Assembly (NCBI GenBank): GCA_963797555.1
Contig: CAWCPV010000004.1
Location: forward strand, 576,001 to 640,000
Reading direction: 5' to 3'
DNA length: 64,000 bases
Source of the DNA: an uncultured Gammaproteobacteria bacterium
Lineage (GTDB): Bacteria; Pseudomonadota; Gammaproteobacteria; CAWCPV01
Of this stretch, positions 1 to 11,774 are shown in pieces; position 1 is the first letter of the stretch; each line of letters begins with the position of its first letter. A program made the translations under genes and the position numbers. The notes below the pieces were generated by a model, which saw only the letters and a program-made list of their open reading frames with translations, was not told the DNA's origin and did no database searches.

Positions 1-1743
1 GCGTCGAAGGAGATGTCCTGCGCGCCCTCGGTGAAGACGACGATGTGCCCGGTGTCCTCGTTGGGCAGGAAGCCCTTGGGGATCGTCGCGAACAGGTACG
101 CGGTCGGCGGCCACGATGCACGAGGAAGACTGACCATGGTGCGAGCGGCGATGGCGCAGCACCCAGCGCAGCGTCGATGTCATAGCCGCGCAGCATGCCG
201 TCGAAGAAGCGCTTCGCTGGCGCGGTAAAGCCGGCCGTGGCGCACTCCGTGCTCGGGGCCGCAGGAAGCGGCTGCACAGCATGGGCGTGAGGGTCAGGGA
301 CACGAAGCCGGAGATCAGGATCGCGGCGCATGATGGTGACGGCGAACTCGTGCAGCAGCCGGCCGAGGATGCCGCCCATGAACAGCACCGGGATGAACAC
401 CGCCGCCAGCGACAGGGTCATGGACACGATGGTGAAGCCGACCTCGCGGGCGCCGTTCAGCGCGGCATGCGAGGCGGCGGCTCGCCGGCCTCCATGTGGC
501 GCACGATGTTTTCCAGCATGACGATGGCGTCGTCCACCACGAAGCCGACGGACAGGGTCAGGGCCATCAGCGAAAGGTTGTCCAGGCTGAATCCGAGCAG
601 GTACATGACGGCGAAGGTGCCGATGACCGACATGGGCAGCGCCAGGCTGGGGATGACGGTGGCGGAGAGCGTTGCGCAGGAACAGGAAGATGACCAGCAC
701 CACCAGCGCCAGCGGCGAGCAGCAGGGTGAACTGCACGTCGTCCACGGATTCGCGGATGGACGCGGAGCGGTCGTAGAGAATGTTCAGGTCCACCGCCGC
801 CGGGAGCTGCGGCGCGGAACGTGGGCAGCAGCTTCTTGATGGCGTCCACGACCTCGATGGTGTTGGTGCCGGGCTGGCGCTGGATGGCGAGCACGATGCC
901 GCGCTCGTCGTTGTACCAGGCTGGCCACCTTGTTGTTCTCCACGCTGTCGATGACCCGTGCCGAGGTCGTCCAGGCGCACCGGGGCGCCGTTGCGGTAGG
1001 CGACGATGAGCGGGCGGTAGGCGGCGGCGTCCAGAGCTGGCCCTTGGCCTGGACGGTCGAAGGCTCGCTGCGGCCCGTCCAGGGTGCCGGTGGGCAGGTT
1101 GACGTTGTGCTGGTCGATGGCGTCGCTGCACCTCGTCGATGCCGATGCCGCGGGCGGCCAGCTGGTTGGGGTCGACCTGGATGCGCACCGCGTATTTCTG
1201 CGCGCCGAACACCTGCACCTGCGCCACGCCCGCTGATCATGGAGATGCGCTGGGCCAGCAGGGTTTCGGCATACTCGTCGACCGCCGACAGCGGCAGGGT
1301 GGGCGAGGTCAGCGCGAGGTAGAAGATCGGCAGGTCGGCGGGGTTGACCTTGCGGAAGGACGGCGGCGTCGGCATGGTCGGCGGCAGCTGCGCGCTGGGC
1401 CGGCGCGATGGCCGACTGCACGTCCTGGGCGGCGGCGTCGATGTTGCGGTCGAGGGTGAACTGCAGGGTGATCTGCGTGCTGCCCAGGGCGCTGGTCGAG
1501 GTCATGGAGTCCAGGCCGGCGATGGTCGAGAACTGCTTCTCCAGCGGCGTGGCCACCGCCGAGGCCATGGTTTCCGGGCTCGGCGCCGGGCAGGTGGCGG
1601 TGCACCTGGATGGTGGGGAAGTCCACGTTGGGCAGGTCGCTGACCGGCAGCGCGCGGTAGGCGATGACGCCGAACAGCAGGATCGCCGCCATGACCAGCG
1701 TGGTCATGACCGGACGGCGGATGAACAGCTCGGCGATGCTCAT
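1..1743 (-). CDS. RND efflux transporter permease (AcrB/MdtB/MdtC family), multiply frameshifted, runs off the window start
   Basis: N-terminus [47 protein letters not shown]. Later segments ([42 protein letters not shown]) lie in different frames. ATGA overlap with the upstream MFP stop. Confidence 0.92.
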
Positions 1744-2880
1744 GAAACCCCCTGGCCCTCTTTGACGACCACCTTCGCCCCCGGCACCAGCCGGGATTGG
1801 CCGGTGGTGACCACGGTCTCGCCCGGATGCAGACCCTCGGCGATGACGGTCTCCTCGCCCTGGCTGCGGTCCACCCGCACATCGCGCATCTCGGCCGTGA
1901 GGTCGGGCTTGACGATGAACACGTACTGGCCCTTGGGGCCGGTCTGCACCGCCGCGGATGGAACGACCACGGCGTCGGGCTGCTCCTTCAGGGTGAGCGC
2001 CACGGCGGCGAACTGGCCCGGCCACAGCACGCGCCGAGTGTTGTCGAACAGGGCCTTGAGCCGGACTGTCCCGGTGCTGGAGTCCACGGCGTTGTCCACG
2101 AAGGCCAGCGTACCCGCGACGGGCGGAATCAGGGTGTTGGGAAGCGTGGCCTGGACCTTCAGCGCTCCAGCCGCTTGGCGGGTGCGCAGCTCGTCCAGGA
2201 AGTGCTCGGGGACCGAGAAGGTGACGTAGATGGGGTCGATCTGGTTGATCACGACCAGCGCGTTGGTGTCGTTCGCCTTCACCAGGTTGCCGAGCTGGAT
2301 GAGGATGCGGCCGGTGCGCCCGTCGATGGGCGAGCGGATGGTGGTGTAACCGAGCTGCACCTTGGCGTTCTCGACCGCCGCCTCTCCAGCGTGCACCGTG
2401 GCACCGGCGACCTCCACAGCAGTGCGCACCTGGTCGTACTGGTCCTGGGTCACCGCGTTTTTCTTGAGCAGGCCGAGATAGCGGCGCTCCTCGAATCCGG
2501 GCCTGGTCGAGCTGGGCCTTGTCGCGCAGCAGCTCGGCTTCGGCTTGGTGCAGCACTGCGGCGAAGGGTTTGGGGTCGATGTCGAACAACGGGTCGCCCT
2601 GGTGGACATCCTGCCCCTCGCGGAAGTGCACGGCGATGATCTGACCGTCGATCCGCGCCTTGATACCTACTGTGGCGTAGGCCTCGACATTTCCGAAGGC
2701 GCGGATCTCTACAGGCATGACCCTACGCTCCACGGCGGCGACGAGGATGGGGACGGGCGGGGCCGCCGCGTCCTTCTGGGGAGGCTCGGCCGAGCCTCCG
2801 GAGCAGGCGGTCAAGACGGTGAGGAGCGCGAGGGTGAGAAGGGGTACCGAACGCGGGCGGAAGTGGAGGACACTTCTCAA
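1740..2880 (-). CDS. RND efflux periplasmic adaptor (MdtA-like membrane fusion lipoprotein), one frameshift near 2500
   Basis: Lipobox LTAC, then [19 protein letters not shown] and [15 protein letters not shown]...[15 protein letters not shown]...LWPGQF. Split across ORFs 1309-2880 and 1740-2609. Confidence 0.9.
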
Positions 2881-3456
2881 TTGGGCGGGACCTTCCCGAG
2901 CCGAATGGCGTTTGTCGTCGTACCCATAGGGATGCTCGGGTCTTTCATCCGGTCATGCCGCGAGGCGTTCTGACAGGCGGTGCGCCGCGCGCATCCAGCC
3001 GCTCGACCGCACCCATGCGGTAGCGGCTCACACGCTTTGACTGGTTGGGCGTCGATTCATTCCCTGGCGGCAGTTTTGCCGCCAGGTCACGATATCCTAC
3101 GCTTTGCCATGGGCCGGCGGTGGAGCGTGTCTCGAGGGGCTTCGCGGACTGGCCCGTGGCGGGGTCGGACAAGGCTCCGAGGGGGTGCGGTAGGCGCGGG
3201 ATCTGCAGCGGGATGGACATCGAGCTGGCGACCGCAGGCCGAGGTCTCCGCGCCTTAGCATCGGAGGAGCAGAAAGCTTCCGCCGGCAGGCAGCGAGCAG
3301 CGGGTCGCGATGGTGCGAAACGCCATGAAGCAGTGCGAGGTGAGGCAAGAATCCCCGGCAGCCTGGCTCGGGTCGCTCCATGCCGGTCCGTCCGGTGCAG
3401 CGCCAATCCCGAAACGGCCCTCAGACAGGGAGATTCCGATGGCTGCAAGGAACGGC

Positions 3457-4491
3457 TTAGAGCGGCGGCGCCTCCGGCTCGACCCTGCGCCGGCGCCGCT
3501 GCTGTTCCAGATACATCACCAGCCACAGGGCGGTGCCGCCGGCCACGAGCAGGGTGAGGGTCGGTCCCAGGTGGCTGGCGATGTGCCAGAAGAACAGCGT
3601 GTAGCCCTGTATGATCAGGAACGTGACCCCGTAGGCACGCACCATGCGCAGGTCGAACACCGTCCCCAGGTAAACGAGAAGCGCGTTCCCGCCTGCCCAG
3701 AGCAGATTGAACAGCCACAGCTCCTCCGTTCCGGCGTGGTGTCCCCAGTCGCGCATATCGCCGAAGTTGCCGAACAGGGACATCAGCCATAGGGCCATTT
3801 CCCCGAAGAATAGACCCGCTGACAGCCACACCTTGAAGAACCCTCGATAGCGAGCGAGCGGACCGCCCTCCGCCAGGCGGTGCAGGAGCGCGATGGCGAC
3901 GATGACCAGGGCCGCCAGCAGGAAGCGCAGCGGGTAATTCATCCCGAACCAGTACGCACCCCAGCCTGACACGTAGCCGGTCTCACCCCCAAACCAAGTG
4001 AAGAATACGGCCGCGGACAGAACCAGCAGCAGGGCGTTATCGAGCAGGTAGGCGAGCGGCAGCAGGAGAAACAGGTCGACGAGCAGCAGTGCGGGCCAGT
4101 TGCCCGAGCCCGTAGAGTAGATCGCGCCCACGGTGAAGGTGAGCCCGATGAGAGCGAGGGCGCCCAGCAGTTCCAGCGCTCGCGGTGTCCAGACCGCACC
4201 GCGCCGCTTGGTCCACTGCCCGACGGCGAACAGCCCGAGCATCGCCACGGTGAGCGCGAACGCCAGCTTCGTCAGGGTGAAGTGGAAGATGTCGTGCAGG
4301 AAAATCGCTGCGCCCCCGGCAACGCTCAGGGCGCCGAACACCAGGAACCAACGCCCCAGGGAGCGCCAGTCCCAGCGGCGAGTGACGTAGCGGGCGCTGA
4401 GGGCCTCGTACGCAGCCGCGTCCAGCATGCCCTCCCGCAGGAGCTTGTCCAGCTCCCGACGCACCACGCGGTGGAAATAGGCCGGGCTCAC
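3457..4491 (-). CDS. DUF2157-like multi-pass membrane protein
   Basis: N-terminal 'RRELDKLLREGMLDAAAYEALSARY' followed by about 10 hydrophobic segments. GTGA overlap with the upstream gene. Confidence 0.7.
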   Translation of the reverse strand: MSPAYFHRVVRRELDKLLREGMLDAAAYEALSARYVTRRWDWRSLGRWFLVFGALSVAGGAAIFLHDIFHFTLTKLAFALTVAMLGLFAVGQWTKRRGAVWTPRALELLGALALIGLTFTVGAIYSTGSGNWPALLLVDLFLLLPLAYLLDNALLLVLSAAVFFTWFGGETGYVSGWGAYWFGMNYPLRFLLAALVIVAIALLHRLAEGGPLARYRGFFKVWLSAGLFFGEMALWLMSLFGNFGDMRDWGHHAGTEELWLFNLLWAGGNALLVYLGTVFDLRMVRAYGVTFLIIQGYTLFFWHIASHLGPTLTLLVAGGTALWLVMYLEQQRRRRRVEPEAPPL

Positions 4492-5534
4492 AGGCCGTTT
4501 CCCGTGGCGGCCAGGCCGCTACGCTCGCGCCGTGCAAGCCGCTCGAAGACATAGCCCAGGGCCATGCCGATAGCACCGGCGACGACCAGGAAGGTCGCAG
4601 CGGAGACGCGGTCCCAGAAGTGCTCGAACAGCCGCGTATAGAGGTCGATGGCGAGGAAGATGACGCCGAAGCCGGTGAACCGGGCGTCTTTCAGCCGGGC
4701 ACCGGCCACGATCTGGGCGATTCCGGCCGCGGTGAAGGTGAGCACCCAGCCGAGCGCGCCCCGCGGCAGGGTGAGGATCCACAGCGAGAGGTCGAGATAC
4801 AGCAGGCCGAAGATTAGATACAGGTGCCCGAACCCGGCGTGGCGGCGCAAGCTTCCGGCCTCCAGCACCTCCTCGTGCCAGCGCCCCAGAAGGATGGTGA
4901 GCAGCGCCAGCACCGCCATGGCCCGCGCGTCCTGGATGGCGAACACGTACGTACCATGGCCGGCGTAGGCGTGCCATCTGCCGGCCCCGTGGAAGAAGAG
5001 CAGCAGGGCGAGCAGCAGCGGCCAGCGCAGACGGTAGCGGTAAGCGGTCGCCAGGGCCAGGATCCCGGTCGCGATCAGGAACCCCGGAAAGGCATCGGAG
5101 TACCGGGAGCCCCCGGCAGCGATGTAAAACACCGAGAGGGCGCCGTAGACGCCAATCAGCCCGACGGTGAGCAGCACCGAGCCGGCCACCGGAAACCTCC
5201 GGTTCGGGTCCGTGGCCATCTTCACCCCCGGCACCCACAGTGCCCCGGCCAGGACCGCCAGGAGCAGGCCGCCCAGGAAGGGCGATACGCTGGCGACGGC
5301 CAGCCCGACGGCGCTGAGCACGCCGGCTCCGAGCATGAAAAGGGCAAAGAATCCGAGCCACTTGAGCAGCAGCCGCTGGCGACCGCCGGGGACCGCGTAG
5401 CGCCCTGCGAGTGTCCGCGCCAGGTCGTCGCCGATTAATCCCTGGTGCGCCCACTCCGCCACCTCGCGGGCCAGGCGCTCGCATGTCTGCCGTCTCACGG
5501 GTTCATCCCCCCACTGGGCCGGCTTGCGAGGCAA
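4488..5534 (-). CDS. DUF2157-like multi-pass membrane protein (second paralog)
   Basis: 'LAREVAEWAHQGLIGDDLARTLAGRY' N-terminal motif and many TM helices. Exact start uncertain. Confidence 0.7.
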   Translation of the reverse strand: MPRKPAQWGDEPVRRQTCERLAREVAEWAHQGLIGDDLARTLAGRYAVPGGRQRLLLKWLGFFALFMLGAGVLSAVGLAVASVSPFLGGLLLAVLAGALWVPGVKMATDPNRRFPVAGSVLLTVGLIGVYGALSVFYIAAGGSRYSDAFPGFLIATGILALATAYRYRLRWPLLLALLLFFHGAGRWHAYAGHGTYVFAIQDARAMAVLALLTILLGRWHEEVLEAGSLRRHAGFGHLYLIFGLLYLDLSLWILTLPRGALGWVLTFTAAGIAQIVAGARLKDARFTGFGVIFLAIDLYTRLFEHFWDRVSAATFLVVAGAIGMALGYVFERLARRERSGLAATGNGL

Positions 5535-5804
5535 TGACCGTCCCGCCGGCTGCCCGACGCCGGCAGTATACGACCCCTGGTCTTGCGGGCAAGGCTTTTT
5601 CGGGCGCTCTTAGCCTCTGCAGGCGCCTGCGTCGGCCGTTCCCACGCCGAGGTGTGGCGCGTCGGGTCAACGGTACACGAGGAGCCGGCTCCTACCCGAG
5701 AGTCCCTGCCCCGGCTATCGTCGATGTGGCGTACCGAGTACGCGGCTGTTATAGTGCGCGCCGCTGTCAAGCCCCAGAAACACTAGATAGAGGAAGGAAC
5801 GACC

Positions 5805-5948
5805 ATGACCCTGCATTTCGGATTGGCACCGATAGTGGCCCTAGTAGCGGGCATTCTGATCCTGGTTCAGCCCAGGCTGTTGAACTACATCGTAGCGATC
5901 TACCTGATCGTCATCGGCGTCTTGGGCCTGGTGGGGCATTCCGTCTGA
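5805..5948 (+). CDS. DUF3096-family small membrane protein (47 aa; absent from the ORF track)
   Basis: MTLHFGLAPIVALVAGILILVQPRLLNYIVAIYLIVIGVLGLVGHSV*. The 'PRLLNYIVAIYLI' motif and an upstream AGGAAGG RBS support the call. Confidence 0.85.
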   Translation: MTLHFGLAPIVALVAGILILVQPRLLNYIVAIYLIVIGVLGLVGHSV

Positions 5949-6131
5949 CGGGATCCTCCGGGCACGCGGGCCGGCTTCGGGACGGAGCCGGCCAAACCCG
6001 ATTCTTGCGGCTCGGCCTGAGGTACGGGCGGGCTGCTCGCTGTACCGAAACCACTGCCCCGTTTGGCGCCGCGACCTGGCAGTCTGTGCCTCCTCCGTTC
6101 GGGAGCGCCGGGATCCCGGCGCGCGTCTCGC

Positions 6132-6963
6132 TCAGAGGATGGCTCCCCGCTCCGCCAAGGCATATTGCGCCAGGCGACCGGTAATGAACTCGTAAGCGTC
6201 GTCCACCGAGTCCGTGCGGTGGAACAGATCGAACGTCCTGCGGGTCTATGGTGCCGTGGCGGATCAGCGCGTCGAAATCGATCACCTCGTTCCAATAGGC
6301 GGTGCCGAACAGCACCACCGGCAGGTGCTTGCGGATCTTGCGGGTCTGGAGCAGCGTCAGGATCTCGAACAGCTCGTCCAGGGTGCCGAAGCCGCCGGGG
6401 AAGACGATCACCGCCTTCGCCAGGTAGGCGAACCAGAACTTGCGCATGAAGAAGTAGTGGAAGTGGAAGGACAGCTCGCGCGTGACATAGCGGTTGTCGA
6501 ACTTCTCGACCGGGATGGAGATGGTTAGCCCGACGTTCATGCCGCGGGCCTCGGACGCGCCGCGGTTCGCGGCTTCCATGATGCCAGGTCCGCCGCCGGT
6601 GCACACCACGAAGCGGCGCTCCTCGTCGTTCAGTTGCTTGGACCATTCGGTGAAGCGCCGAGCCAGTTCGCGGGCGGCCTCGTAGTGATGCGCCAGCTCG
6701 AGTCGCTGACGGGCTCGCGTGAGATCGCCTTCGCCCGCCTCGGCGGCTGTCAGCTCCTTCTCCGCCTGCTCCCGCGAGACGAGGCGCGCGGAGCCCATGA
6801 ACACGATAGTGTCGTCGACCCGATAGTGCTCGAACCGGCTTTGCGGCTCCAGGTACTCCGACAGGATGCGCAGGGCCCGCGCGCTGGCGCTGTTCAGGAA
6901 GCTCTCGTTCCGGTAGGCCTCGATGGCTCGTCGCCGTAGCTGTTCAGTATCGTTCTTGTCCAA
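6132..6963 (-). CDS. LOG family (TIGR00730-like) nucleotide monophosphate nucleosidase, frameshift near 6230
   Basis: TGGGPGIMEAANRGA, FHYFFMRKFWF and PGGFGTLDELFE motifs. TTG start after GAGGAG. The C-terminus (DLFHRTDSVDDAYEFIT...AIL*) is in another frame. Confidence 0.88.
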
Positions 6964-7291
6964 TCCTCGCTCCTCGATGGGTGCTCTAGGGGCCTGCGCG
7001 GCCGGCAACGTGCCCTCGCGGATCGACCCACGGACAGGCCGCTCAGCCGGGGGAGGGCATGGCCAGAACTTGGGCGTGCTGCACAGTGTAGACCGTTGTC
7101 CTCCCCGAACGGCAAGCGCTTCGGGGCTGTGCCCGCGAGCGGCCGGTCGCGGGGAGCCCGGCCGGTCGGCCTGCGGGCGTGACTGTCGGCGCATGGTGTC
7201 CTCAAAGGGCCGCCGCAGGCGAGTCGCCTGCGGCGGGTCGAAGGCCGTCCCAGACCTTGCGGTGTCCCTTAAGTCCTGATGATTTCGAGCG

Positions 7292-10061
7292 ATGAACCAC
7301 CGATACCCCTGCGCCGCGACCATTATGCCGTTCCACACCCGGCCCGCATTGCCGCCCTGCATAGGGTATGGGCCACTGCCGCACGCGGGGCGGCGTTGGG
7401 CGATCCTCGGCCTGCTGGTGGCGTTCTTGGGCGTGCCGGCGGGGGTTCGGGCCGCAGAGTCCTCCCTGGGGCCGGACGGCGACGTGCTGCGCGCGACGCT
7501 GAAGAACGGGCTCCGCGTCGTCGTCGTCCGTAGTCCCCTCGCCCCCGTCGCTGCCGTCGAGGTGAACTATCTGGCAGGCTCCAACGAGGCGCCCAAGGGG
7601 TTTCCCGGCATGGCCCACGCGCAGGAGCACATGATGTTCCGCGGCAGCCCCGGGCTTTCTTCGGCCCAGCTCGCCTATCTGAACGCCGTCATGGGGGGCA
7701 TGGCGAATGCCGACACCCAGCAGACTGTGACGCAGTACTTCAATACAGTTCCCGCGAAGGACTTGGAGGCCGCGCTGCGCATCGAGGCTATCCGCATGCG
7801 AGGCGTGTCGGACAGCGAGCACTCCTGGGACCAGGAGCGGGGCGCGATCGAGCAGGAGGTCGCCCAGGACCTGTCCAGTCCAGACTACGTCCTGTACACG
7901 AAGCTGCTGGCGGCCCTGTTCAGGGGCACGCCCTACGCCCATGACGCCCTTGGCACGCGCAAGTCCTTCGATAAGACCAGCGGGGCCATGCTCAAGGCTT
8001 TCCATGAACGGTGGTATGCGCCCAACAATGCCATCCTGGTGATCGTTGGGGACGTGGATTCCCACAACGTCCTTCGCCAGGTGCAGGAGCTGTTCGGATC
8101 GATCCCGGCAAAGAAAATCCGCGAACGGCCTTCGGTGCGGCTCCAGCCGGTGCGACCGGAGACCTTCCGTCTCAAGACCGACCGCGCCAATGGGATGGTC
8201 GTCGTTGCCTTCCGGCTGCCGGGCTACGACAGTCCGGACTACCCAGCCGCCAGGCTGCTCGCCGACGTGCTGGACAGCCAGCGCGGCGACCTCTATGCGC
8301 TGGTTGCAGACGGCAAGGCGCTGTCCAGCAGCGTCGAGGCCGATTTCCTCCCGCACGCCGGGTTGGGGTACGCGGCGGTCGAGTTCCCCAAGGGCGGAGA
8401 CCCAGCCCCGTTGCTCAAGCAGGTCGAGGGCATCCTGGCCCGCTACGCCGAACAGGGCTTGCCGCAGGATTTGGTGCTGGCCGCCAAACGCCGTGAGGTG
8501 ACGGAGCTGGAGCTGCAGAGGAACTCGATTCCCGACCTGGCCATGGCCTGGTCCCAGGCCCTCGCGGTGGAAGGCCGCCAGTCGCCGCAGGACGACATCG
8601 ACCTCATGAGCCGGGTTTCGGTGAAAGACGTGGATCGCGTGGCGCGCAAATACGTGGATCTTAGCGCCGCGGTACGGGCCATCCTCACCCCGGAGCCTTC
8701 GGGCAAGGCGGTCGCGGGCCAGGGGTTCGGCGGCGCGGAGTCGTTCACGCCGGAAGAGACCAAGGCCGTCGAGCTGCCGGCGTGGGCCAAGAACGTACTG
8801 GGGTCTCTCTCGGTGCCTGCCAGCAACGTGCACCCGGTGCAGGAGACATTGCCCAACGGGTTGCGGCTCATTATCCAGTCCGAATCCACGAGCGACACGG
8901 TGAGCGTTTACGGACGGGTACGGAACGAGCCTGCCCTCCAGACGCCGCCCGGCCAGGAAGGCGTCAGCGAGGTGCTGAGTGGCATGTTTAGCTACGGCAC
9001 CACGACGTTGGACCGGCTGGCCTTTCAGCGGGCCTTGGACGAGATCGGGGTGGACGAGTCCGCCGGTACGAGTTTCTCCGTGCTGGCACTGAGCGGCCAC
9101 TTCGAGCGCGCCGTCGAGCTGTTGGCTGACAACGAGCTGCATCCCGCCCTCCAGGAGAGCGCCTTCCGGATCGTGCGCAAGCAGGTGGCGGATCGGGTGG
9201 CCGGAGAGCCTCCAGAGTCCCCGCTACCTCACCAAGCGGGCGCTGACCAAGGCCCTGTACCCTCAGGGCGATCCCAAGATGCGCCAGGCAACCCCGAAAA
9301 CGGTCAAAGGGCTCAGCCTGGAGGACATGAGGCGCTACTATGGCCACGTGTACCGGCCGGACATGACCACCATCGTCGTTATCGGAAAGATCGACCCGGA
9401 TCGGGCCAAGAGCGTGTTGGCGAAGTACTTCGGCGACTGGAAGGCCAAGGGCCCCAAGCCGCAGACGGATCTGCCACCGGTGCCTCCCAACCAGCCGTCC
9501 GTGACGGCAGTGCCGGACAAGAGCCGAGTGCAGGATCGGGTGATTCTGGCGCAGACGCTAGGCATGAACCGATTCGATCCCGACTACTACGCCCTGCAGC
9601 TCGGGGACCACGTGCTGGGCGGCGGCTTCTATGCCACCAGGCTCTACCAGGACCTGCGCGAGCGCAAGGGGCTGGTCTACAGCGTGGGCACCGCCGTGGA
9701 TGCCGGCAGGACTCGCGCCCTGTACCTGGTGGAGTATGCCTGTGATCCGAAGAACGTTTCGCGGGCGCGCGCCATCGTCGAGCGTGACCTGAGGGACATG
9801 CAGAGCGCGCCGGTCTCCGCACATATGCTGCGGCAGGCCAAGGGGCTGCTGCTCACCGAGATCGCTCTCGCCGAGGCCAGCCTGGCGGAGATTGCGGACA
9901 GGCTGCTGTCCCGCGCCACCGTGGGCCTGCCCCTGGATGAGCCCACGGTGGCCGCCCGGCGCTACGTGGGCCTCACTTCGCAGGAGGTGAAAGCGGTCTT
10001 CGCCCGGCGGGTGCGCGTGACCAATCTGGTCCAGGTCACGCAGGGGCCGACCCCGCACTAG
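7292..10061 (+). CDS. M16 (pitrilysin/PqqL-like) zinc peptidase, exported, one frameshift near 9215
   Basis: Inverted zinc motif HAQEH (HxxEH), TLKNGLRVVV, WYAPNNAILVIVGD, second half TLPNGLRLII, and RLYQDLRERKGLVYSV in the shifted frame. Confidence 0.9.
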
Positions 10062-10167
10062 CCGGGGCGCGGAGCAGCGGCGGGCGGAGGTCGGCGATTA
10101 AAGTGGGCCAGCCCCCTCCATTTCGAGGCGGAGGGAGCCAGCCCGATAGGGATGAGGGAGAGGCTTA

Positions 10168-10422
10168 CTAGTTCAGGCCGCAGAAGCCGCCCCCACAGCA
10201 GCTTCCCGTGTCGCACGCCGGGGCCTCCTTGCGGCCGCTGGAGCCCGTGATGACGTAGCCCCCGGTGATGAGCTGCTGGACGGGGCTATCTGCTGGCGTA
10301 TCACCCGGGTCGATGCCCGTGCGCCGACACAGCTCGCCCCAGCTCGCCACGGCCTCGTTCATGCCGTGCCTGACCTCCACGACGCGCCCGTTGGCTTCAC
10401 ACCGATAATCGTAACTGGGCAT
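10168..10422 (-). CDS. FmdB-family zinc-ribbon protein
   Basis: MPSYDYRCEANGRVVEVRH and Cys-rich tail CDTGSCCGGGFCGLN. GGAGG RBS upstream. Confidence 0.8.
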   Translation of the reverse strand: MPSYDYRCEANGRVVEVRHGMNEAVASWGELCRRTGIDPGDTPADSPVQQLITGGYVITGSSGRKEAPACDTGSCCGGGFCGLN

Positions 10423-10819
10423 AGCTTCCTCCGCACATCGGAAACTCTGATAAGAACCGACGGCCACTCCCTGTGCACGTCCTTGCGCATCGAGCGCTGG
10501 CTCCGGTCACAGGGGTATCGCCTCAATCACCGTCTTCGTCGCAACCCGACCCCTGCCGACAGCGAGCGCGGCGAATCAGCGCCCTATATTAGTAGGTTCT
10601 GATACGCCAAGCAAATGGGAGGCATATCCGCAGTGCCTTCCCATCTCGCCGGCCAGGACCCACGCCATGCCGAAGCCACGTGTCCGCACTGCACGGCAGC
10701 GCATCCTCCCTCAGCTTGCGAGATCGCCCAGAGGCCGCCCAACCAATGTCCTCCAATCAGCCGGGACGCGCCCTGTCATGATCCTGACGCATTTCCGTCC
10801 GTAGACTTCAAAGTTACCC

Positions 10820-11722
10820 TTGCTGCTACGACGACTTCTACCTTCTTTGGCCGACGAAGCCTCGCGAGTCCGACCGCTTCAGCCGGTGACCGGAGAACGC
10901 CCGAGCGCGGTGTTCTTCCTCACCGTCGCCTACTTCTTCGTCGAACTCATCGGCGGTCTTCATTACCACAGCTTGGCCCTGGTCACGGACGCCGCCTTCA
11001 TGGCAATCAACGTGACGGGTCAGTTGATCGCGCTCGCTGCGTTGCGTCTCAGCGAGAAGCCGGCGGACGCAAGGCACACGTTCGGGCACGAGCGCGTCAA
11101 GGTGCTGTCGGGTCTGTTCAACGGTATCCTGGTGGGATTCGTGGTGTTCTATGTGTTCGCGGACGCGTACCAAAAGATCCGACAGCTGCAGCCGATCGCC
11201 GCCGACAAGGTGCTGTTCATCGCCGTGTTGGGCTTGGCGGTCAACGGCTTCGGGCTCACCGCACTGCGGCCCGCATGCGAAGGACATCAACGTGCGCGGG
11301 GCGTTCCTGCTCATCCTCAACGATGCCTTGGGATCGGTGGGCGTGATCACCTCCTCGGTGGTCATCCGCTATACGGGGCTGTATGTGGTGGATGCCCTCA
11401 CCGGCGTCCTTATCAGCCTACTGGTGGCCTATCCCACCTACTTCCTGGTGCGCGACACGTTGCATATCCTGATGGAGGGGAATCCCTCCGGTACCACCGT
11501 GGACAGCGTGGAAAGCTACATCCGGAGCCGGTTCCCGCACATCCACCAAGTGAAAGACCTGCGCATCTGGGCATCACGCCCGACAAGGTTCTGCTCGCGG
11601 TGCGTGTCCGGACCGACGGAGAGGTGGCCAGCCGCGCCAGGGTCAGGGCGATGAAGGAGCATCTCAAACAACAGTTCGGGCTCTATGACGTCTATGTAGA
11701 GGCATACGAAGACGAAGCGTGA
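10820..11722 (+). CDS. Cation diffusion facilitator (CzcD/ZitB-like) transporter, about 2 frameshifts
   Basis: HSLALVTDAAFM, KPADARHTFGHER, DINVRGAFLLILNDALGSVGVI, HILMEGNP, VKDLRIW. Segments alternate between frames; start uncertain. Confidence 0.85.
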   Translation: MLLRRLLPSLADEASRVRPLQPVTGERPSAVFFLTVAYFFVELIGGLHYHSLALVTDAAFMAINVTGQLIALAALRLSEKPADARHTFGHERVKVLSGLFNGILVGFVVFYVFADAYQKIRQLQPIAADKVLFIAVLGLAVNGFGLTALRPACEGHQRARGVPAHPQRCLGIGGRDHLLGGHPLYGAVCGGCPHRRPYQPTGGLSHLLPGARHVAYPDGGESLRYHRGQRGKLHPEPVPAHPPSERPAHLGITPDKVLLAVRVRTDGEVASRARVRAMKEHLKQQFGLYDVYVEAYEDEA

Positions 11723-11774
11723 GCGGTCCGGTCTCCATTTCGGCTGCCGCGACACTGCGGCGCGCATTCCTGTC

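Noticed and set aside
3063-3086. Perfect 10-bp inverted repeat CCTGGCGGCA-gttt-TGCCGCCAGG upstream of the efflux operon
   Set aside because: The hairpin is real, but there is no U-tract and no adjacent regulator, so operator versus terminator cannot be assigned.
6132-6963. LOG/SLOG protein as a defence effector
   Set aside because: It has the ordinary stand-alone PGGxGTxxE LOG architecture, with no TIR or sensor partner nearby.
7202-9142. Long antisense ORFs (also 46707-49058, 50033-52234, 26721-28061, 62359-63576)
   Set aside because: These are shadow ORFs opposite well-supported genes, expected at high GC, with no recognisable motifs.
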